From Nitrospirales bacterium (GTDB taxonomy: Bacteria; Nitrospirota; Nitrospiria; Nitrospirales; UBA8639), in assembly GCA_963422365.1 (NCBI GenBank), contig OY729426.1:960001-1024000 (forward strand): a stretch of DNA of 64,000 bases. The letters are read 5' to 3'. Made by a program: the position numbers and the translations under genes. Position 1 is the first letter of the stretch. Each line of letters starts with the position of its first letter. Below, one piece after another: positions 59,355-64,000 of this stretch. Under the pieces are notes generated by a model. It was not told the DNA's origin and ran no database searches. It saw only the letters and a program-made list of their open reading frames with translations.

Positions 59355-60566
59355 TTATTGATTCTTTAACCGTCTCACGCGTTCTTTAACGAACCCGATT
59401 CGTTTGGCTTCTTTGGTGATCCCCTCGACGAGGGCAATATAGGTCTCGTATTCTTCAATTGCCCGTCGGGTGTCGATCCGTTCCAAACTTTTTCCCAAAT
59501 TGAAACGGGCTTCGGCAAAGTTTGGGCGTAGGGCGATCGCCTGCTCAAAGAGTTCAAGTGCGCGGCGTGGCTGTTGTTGTTCGGCCAAGACCCTGCCGAG
59601 ATTGTTGATGATCGCTGGAACAGTCGGGCGGAGCGATAGGGCCTGCTCCAACTCACGTTGCGCTTCGGCCAATTGGCCTTGATCTCGGAGCGCCAAGCCC
59701 AGTCGATGGTGGGCTTCGGCTAAATATGCCTCGTTCTTGAGACCAAGTTGAATGGATCGCCGATACGCTTCGACGGCGATCGCAGGCTGTGCGATTCCGC
59801 AAGACTCGAATAACGCGGCCTCCCCTCGTGCGAATTGTTGCAGTCCCAAGAAATCATTGCTTGGGTTTACGTCGAGTGAGGGCGCGGACGCTGCCGGTGT
59901 CGTGGGGCGGCTTCGGTTGAGTCCCGGCAGAAACGTTTCATGATAACTCGACAACAACTGCTCGTAGGGATCAATAGCAAGCGAGGCCACGAGTAACGTC
60001 GGCTCATCCTGACTCTCCAGCACCAGATATTGAGTCGTACTGGTGTGATCCCCTGTTCGATACAGCACGCCGGATTGCGCACCAGCCCGAGACAGGAGTT
60101 GCGTGGGATCTATATAAAACGTGGAGGACGGCACGAGCGCAGCTAAGGTGCGCCGGAGGATGGGATACCGCTCTAAGGAGCGCCCCTGATTGTATCGAAA
60201 CACGGCTCCCACTAATATCTGCTCATCATTGAAAAAGTAAAAACGATCGTGGTCGGGTTGGCCGCTCTGCGCCAATCGTTGCAGTTGTTCCCCCGAGCCC
60301 CAGGGAACCAATTGATAGTGTATGCCTTGCCAGCGTTTGACAATTTTATCCTTCGTATCGCAGAGGCGTGTCGCTCCTAAAAGCTCAAGGTCGCTTTCCG
60401 AAGGGGGAAGTGTGGGACCGGGAGGCGGTGGCGCGGTCCCACAAGCCGTGAGTGTGCCCGTCAGCCACAGGACAAAGATCCACTGACCCACATATTGGGC
60501 CACTGCACGGGGATGATCTGAAGGCTTTCGTGACGTCCGTGCTGGAAGGAGAGGGGGAGACTTCAA
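59355..60566 (-). CDS. TPR-repeat lipoprotein
   Basis: Lipobox LTAC; C-terminal TPRs (AEAHHRLG, NNLG, AEARFNLG); start uncertain. Confidence 0.8.
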   Translation of the reverse strand: MKSPPLLPARTSRKPSDHPRAVAQYVGQWIFVLWLTGTLTACGTAPPPPGPTLPPSESDLELLGATRLCDTKDKIVKRWQGIHYQLVPWGSGEQLQRLAQSGQPDHDRFYFFNDEQILVGAVFRYNQGRSLERYPILRRTLAALVPSSTFYIDPTQLLSRAGAQSGVLYRTGDHTSTTQYLVLESQDEPTLLVASLAIDPYEQLLSSYHETFLPGLNRSRPTTPAASAPSLDVNPSNDFLGLQQFARGEAALFESCGIAQPAIAVEAYRRSIQLGLKNEAYLAEAHHRLGLALRDQGQLAEAQRELEQALSLRPTVPAIINNLGRVLAEQQQPRRALELFEQAIALRPNFAEARFNLGKSLERIDTRRAIEEYETYIALVEGITKEAKRIGFVKERVRRLKNQ

Positions 60567-60602
60567 GCTGACCCCACGTCGTTAGGTAAAAAAATGGAGA
60601 AG

Positions 60603-60677
60603 TGGTGGGCGATACTGGTATCGAACCAGTGGCCTCTTCCGTGTGAGGGAAGCGCTCTCCCACTGAGCTAATCGCCC
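60603..60677 (-). tRNA. tRNA-Val(CAC)
   Basis: GGGCGATTAGCTCAGTGGGAGAGCGCTTCCCT-CAC-ACGGAAGAGGCCACTGGTTCGATACCAGTATCGCCCACCA. Confidence 0.97.
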
Positions 60678-60773
60678 ACGAATCCTAGTCTAGCATAGCC
60701 CACTGATTCCTGACAACGAAACGAAGCCATGACCACCAAGGTGATCACGTCCATGCTGGCCTTGTAAAAACGA

Positions 60774-61811
60774 GTGGCCTTGCACTCGAAGATTTGCCAC
60801 AATGTCCAGGTGATGGATGATTTCGGCGTCAGGCGACAACGTATCGGCAATCCGCGTTCAGCGAACAAGGTTCCGACGAGCGGCATTCCGTCTTGGCTGA
60901 CGCTGATGCAAGACGGGTTTCTCGTGTGGGTTGTGCTCGGAGCCGCATGGGGCTGGTTCATGCCGGGTCCCGCCGCCTCCGGGAAAATCTGGATTCCCGA
61001 AGCGTTGGCCGCGGTGATGCTCTGTATGGGCTTGACGCTGACGCATCAGGACGTCCTTGACCTTCGTTATGGAGGCCGGCCGCTGCTGCTGGGCGTGGCC
61101 TTGCAGTACGTGGTGATGCCGCTTGGTGCATGGGGCATCGCGACGTTCTTGGGCCTGCCGAAATTGTTGGCGCTTGGTGTCATTTTAGTCGGGGCGTGCC
61201 CCGGGGGCACGGCGTCGAATGTAGTGGCCTACCTGGCGCGAGGCGATGTGGCGTTATCCGTGGGCATGACCACGGTCTCGACGTTGCTCAGTCCGCTCTT
61301 GACGCCCCTGTGGATTTGGATTCTCGCCTCCACGTGGTTGGCGGTTGATCCGCTCCCGCTCTTATGGACGGTCACGAAGATTGTGCTGCTACCGGTGGTG
61401 TTGGGCATGGGCATTCGCCGCGTTTGGCAACCGAGCCCTTGGTTTTTTGAAGGCATGTCGCCGCTCGTGTCGATGTTCGTCATCGCGTGGATCGTCGGGG
61501 TGATTGTTGGATTGAATCATGGTCAACTCACGATGGTTGGGATGGTTGTGCTGGCGGTGATTGTGCATAACGCGTTGGGCTTGACGCTTGGGTATTGGGG
61601 GCCTCGACTGCGGAAGGTCCCGCTTCGCCATTGCCGCACCGTGGCTATCGAAGTCGGCATGCAGAATTCCGGGTTGGCCGTGGCTTTGGCCGTGGCCCAT
61701 TTTGGCCCAATGGCTGCCGTGCCCGGCGCGATCTTTAGTATGTGGCACAATGTGACCGGGCCCCTGTTGGCGAGCATCTGGCGTCGAGCGCAACCGAACA
61801 AGTCTTCTTAA
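60774..61811 (+). CDS. Bile acid:sodium symporter (BASS) family transporter
   Basis: MGLTL, QYVVMPL, CPGGTASNV, EVGMQNSGLA; true start probably further downstream. Confidence 0.92.
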   Translation: MALHSKICHNVQVMDDFGVRRQRIGNPRSANKVPTSGIPSWLTLMQDGFLVWVVLGAAWGWFMPGPAASGKIWIPEALAAVMLCMGLTLTHQDVLDLRYGGRPLLLGVALQYVVMPLGAWGIATFLGLPKLLALGVILVGACPGGTASNVVAYLARGDVALSVGMTTVSTLLSPLLTPLWIWILASTWLAVDPLPLLWTVTKIVLLPVVLGMGIRRVWQPSPWFFEGMSPLVSMFVIAWIVGVIVGLNHGQLTMVGMVVLAVIVHNALGLTLGYWGPRLRKVPLRHCRTVAIEVGMQNSGLAVALAVAHFGPMAAVPGAIFSMWHNVTGPLLASIWRRAQPNKSS

Positions 61812-61813
61812 CG

Positions 61814-61863
61814 CAGATCCTTCCTGGGCTCTTCGCTCAGCTCAGGGCAAGTTCAGGATGACA
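61814..61863. repeat. REP unit (AGATCCTTC..TCAGGATGACA) with a nested CTTCG..GCTCAGGGCAAG unit at 61831-61851
   Basis: cagatccttcctgggct-cttcgctcagctcagggcaag-ttcaggatgaca. Confidence 0.7.
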
Positions 61864-61945
61864 ACCACAAAACTATTACCCGAAAGTAACATGGAGGACC
61901 GCATCCCTGCTCTTGGAAAGGGACAAGCCTTATGCGTCCAGAAAA

Positions 61946-61968
61946 GGCGCCATGAGATGGCGCCCTAC
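61946..61968 (-). repeat. GTAG-type REP palindrome
   Basis: ggcgccat-gag-atggcgcc followed by CTAC (GTAG on the minus strand). Confidence 0.6.
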
Positions 61969-62025
61969 ACGACCTAGGATGACAGCATAATGCGATCAGC
62001 CATGCCCAACGCCGCAGATAACGGA

Positions 62026-62554
62026 TCAAGGGGCGTTGGCGAGGTCTTGGGTCAGGGCGAGTACGAAGTGGTCGGCAGTCTTGAGCCGATCGGGTTGGAT
62101 GGTGTCGGGAGTGTCAGAGGCCTGATGAAAGTGAGGATGGGTTCCAGCCGTAACCACCGCCACCGTCGGAACGCCGGTTTTGGCAAACGGCACATGATCT
62201 CCCCCGGGAAAGAAACCATAGAGGTTGACGGCTTCGGAGAGCCTAGCCTGTTCGGCTGCATGCTTGGCCACATCTTTCGACATGTGGGAAACCTCAACGG
62301 TGAGCTCGCCGTTGCCGAGCCCCACGTGATCCACGTTGATCATGGCGACGGTTTTCGTCGAGGGGTGCGTGGGACGCTGAACGTCTTGGGTCGATCCCAG
62401 CAGGTTTTGTCCCTCCCGCTGAATGACGAAAACAGCATTGTTCGCGGGGAAGACAGGGAAAAGTGAAGGGATTGGCCGCGTGAACCGGAAGCGTGAGCAA
62501 AGCAAGCCTGCTCACGAGCACCATTGAACAGATCGCACACCCAAACGGTTTCAT
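62026..62554 (-). pseudogene. M28-family peptidase with a large internal deletion (signal peptide next to the C-terminal fragment)
   Basis: Leader MKPFG..PVHAANP, then QNLLGS, AMINVDHVG, GGDHVPF and HFHQASDTPD in another frame. Confidence 0.7.
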
Positions 62555-62692
62555 CGGCCCACTCTCCCATATTGTGCGGTTTATGTGTATGCCCAGAGCA
62601 ATGAGCAAACAGGGTGGGCGGGAAGAGAGAGTCACGCTAAAGGTAGCACACTCGGAGTTGCGGCGGGTGCCAGCCTGGAAGATAATAGCCTG

Positions 62693-64000
62693 ATGCGCAC
62701 ACTCGAAACGTTGAACTTTGACAATACCTATACCCGCCTGCCCGAGGTCTTCTTTGAACGGGTGATGCCCACGGGGTTTAAAACTTCGCATGTAGTCAGT
62801 TTCAATCCTTCGGCGGCGGCATTGATTGATCTGGAACCGGATGAAGCCAAGCGTCAGGAGTTCCATGAGGCCATGGGCGGCAAACTGCTCCTGCCGGGCA
62901 GTGAGCCCATTGCCATGCTGTATGCGGGCCACCAGTTTGGGCATTATGTGTCGCAGCTTGGGGATGGGCGAGCGATTCTGTTGGGCGAAGTGCGCAATCA
63001 TCGGGGTGAGAAATGGGACCTGCATCTAAAGGGCGCGGGGTTGACGCGCTTTTCACGGGACGGTGATGGCCGGTCGGTTCTTCGTTCGACGATCCGGGAG
63101 TACTTGTGCGGTGAGGCCATGCATGGCTTGGGCATCCCGACGACCCGATCCTTGTGTCTTATCGGCAGCGATGAGGCCGTCCTTCGGGAAAGCGTGGAGA
63201 CCGGCGCGATGCTCGTGCGCATGGCCCCGAGTCATGTCAGGTTCGGGACCTTTGAAGTGTTTTTTTATCGCCGTCAGCACGATCACCTGAAAACCTTGGC
63301 TGATTATGTGATTGCCCGGCATTTTCCGGATCTCGGTGATGGTCCAGACATATACGCGCGATTCTTGCGTCAGGTGGCCGAACGAACGGGCAGGCTCATT
63401 GCCCAATGGCAAGCCGTGGGCTGGGCGCATGGGGTCATGAATACCGACAACATGTCGATCCTCGGGCTGACCCTCGACTATGGGCCGTATGGGTTCATGG
63501 ATGATTTTAACCCGGGGTTTATTCCCAATCATTCCGATCGTCATGGCCGGTATTCGTTTGAGAACCAGCCCGATATCGGTTTTTGGAACGTTCGTGCGAT
63601 TGCGCAGGCCCTCTCCCCCTTGGTCGAGGAAGCCGACGTGCTTGGGGCTCCTGAAATCTATGAAGCGACCCTGCACAAGACCTATGCAGACGTGATGCAA
63701 GCCAAGTTGGGACTGAAAGAAGCCCACGAAGGCGATGACAAGCTCCGGCGCGGTTTGCTCGGGCTCCTGCACAGCAACCACGTGGACTATACGAATTGCT
63801 TTCGAGCGCTCGGATCCTTCAATCAGGATGAACCATCGGCGAACGAGCCGTTGCGAGATCAATTCCTTGATCGGGAAGGATTCGACTGGTGGGCGGATCG
63901 TTATCGCGCGCGGCTCAAAGCCGAACACAGTGTGGATGCCGAACGCAACGCGCGCATGGATTCCTGCAATCCCAAATACGTTTTGAGAAATTATCTTGTG
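62693..64000 (+). CDS. selO: Protein adenylyltransferase SelO/YdiU (3'-partial)
   Basis: YAGHQFG, QLGDGRA, LKGAG, DGDGRSVLRSTIREY, HGVMNTDN, DYGPYGF, NPKYVLRNYL; missing from the ORF track because it lacks a stop. Confidence 0.95.
   Translation, partial: MRTLETLNFDNTYTRLPEVFFERVMPTGFKTSHVVSFNPSAAALIDLEPDEAKRQEFHEAMGGKLLLPGSEPIAMLYAGHQFGHYVSQLGDGRAILLGEVRNHRGEKWDLHLKGAGLTRFSRDGDGRSVLRSTIREYLCGEAMHGLGIPTTRSLCLIGSDEAVLRESVETGAMLVRMAPSHVRFGTFEVFFYRRQHDHLKTLADYVIARHFPDLGDGPDIYARFLRQVAERTGRLIAQWQAVGWAHGVMNTDNMSILGLTLDYGPYGFMDDFNPGFIPNHSDRHGRYSFENQPDIGFWNVRAIAQALSPLVEEADVLGAPEIYEATLHKTYADVMQAKLGLKEAHEGDDKLRRGLLGLLHSNHVDYTNCFRALGSFNQDEPSANEPLRDQFLDREGFDWWADRYRARLKAEHSVDAERNARMDSCNPKYVLRNYLV

Noticed and set aside
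60603..60677. tRNA-Val as an integration site
   Set aside because: No duplicated 3' end or integrase nearby.
63053..63928. 291-aa minus-strand ORF (and similar long antisense ORFs at 53745-54629, 46806-47597 and 43184-44140)
   Set aside because: Antisense shadows of selO, rpsA, pheA/hisC and the OMP gene.
1..64000. CRISPR array or intact IS/integrase
   Set aside because: I saw no regularly spaced direct repeats with unique spacers, and no transposase or integrase ORF.

Overview
A 64 kb bacterial chromosomal window. The gene order and the conserved hypothetical proteins suggest a Nitrospirota/Nitrospirales-like organism (inference; no search was run). The core backbone is: trpD/ybiB-like, cysD, cysNC, gdx/sugE, tmRNA, dtd, murJ, ruvA, yebC, fmt, rsmA, ftsK, lolA, rpmB, recG, xth, polA, a pheA-hisC-aroF-tyrA-aroA-cmk-plsC-rpsA-sppA-ihfB run, rnhA, tRNA-Val(CAC) and selO. 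Accessory patches are: (1) a 3-gene cassette of a small YLDPG membrane peptide, a NoeA-like methyltransferase and a frameshifted sulfatase-like membrane protein; (2) a defence island with an intact BsuBI/PstI-type RM pair and Mrr, plus deletion-scarred fragments of six other defence/TA modules; (3) a heme-oxygenase-like diiron enzyme abutting a PqqD/RRE-methyltransferase fusion; (4) a GC-rich beta-barrel OMP with an unusual loop next to a phage tail-assembly remnant. The most unusual signals are four ~22 nt REP-family units sitting in frame inside the trpD-like gene (repeated GSGQA peptides), a receiver domain split by an inserted Rossmann domain downstream of a candidate sRNA, and a candidate variant guanidine-III riboswitch. 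Many pseudogenes point to genome erosion, although sequencing or assembly indels cannot be excluded.
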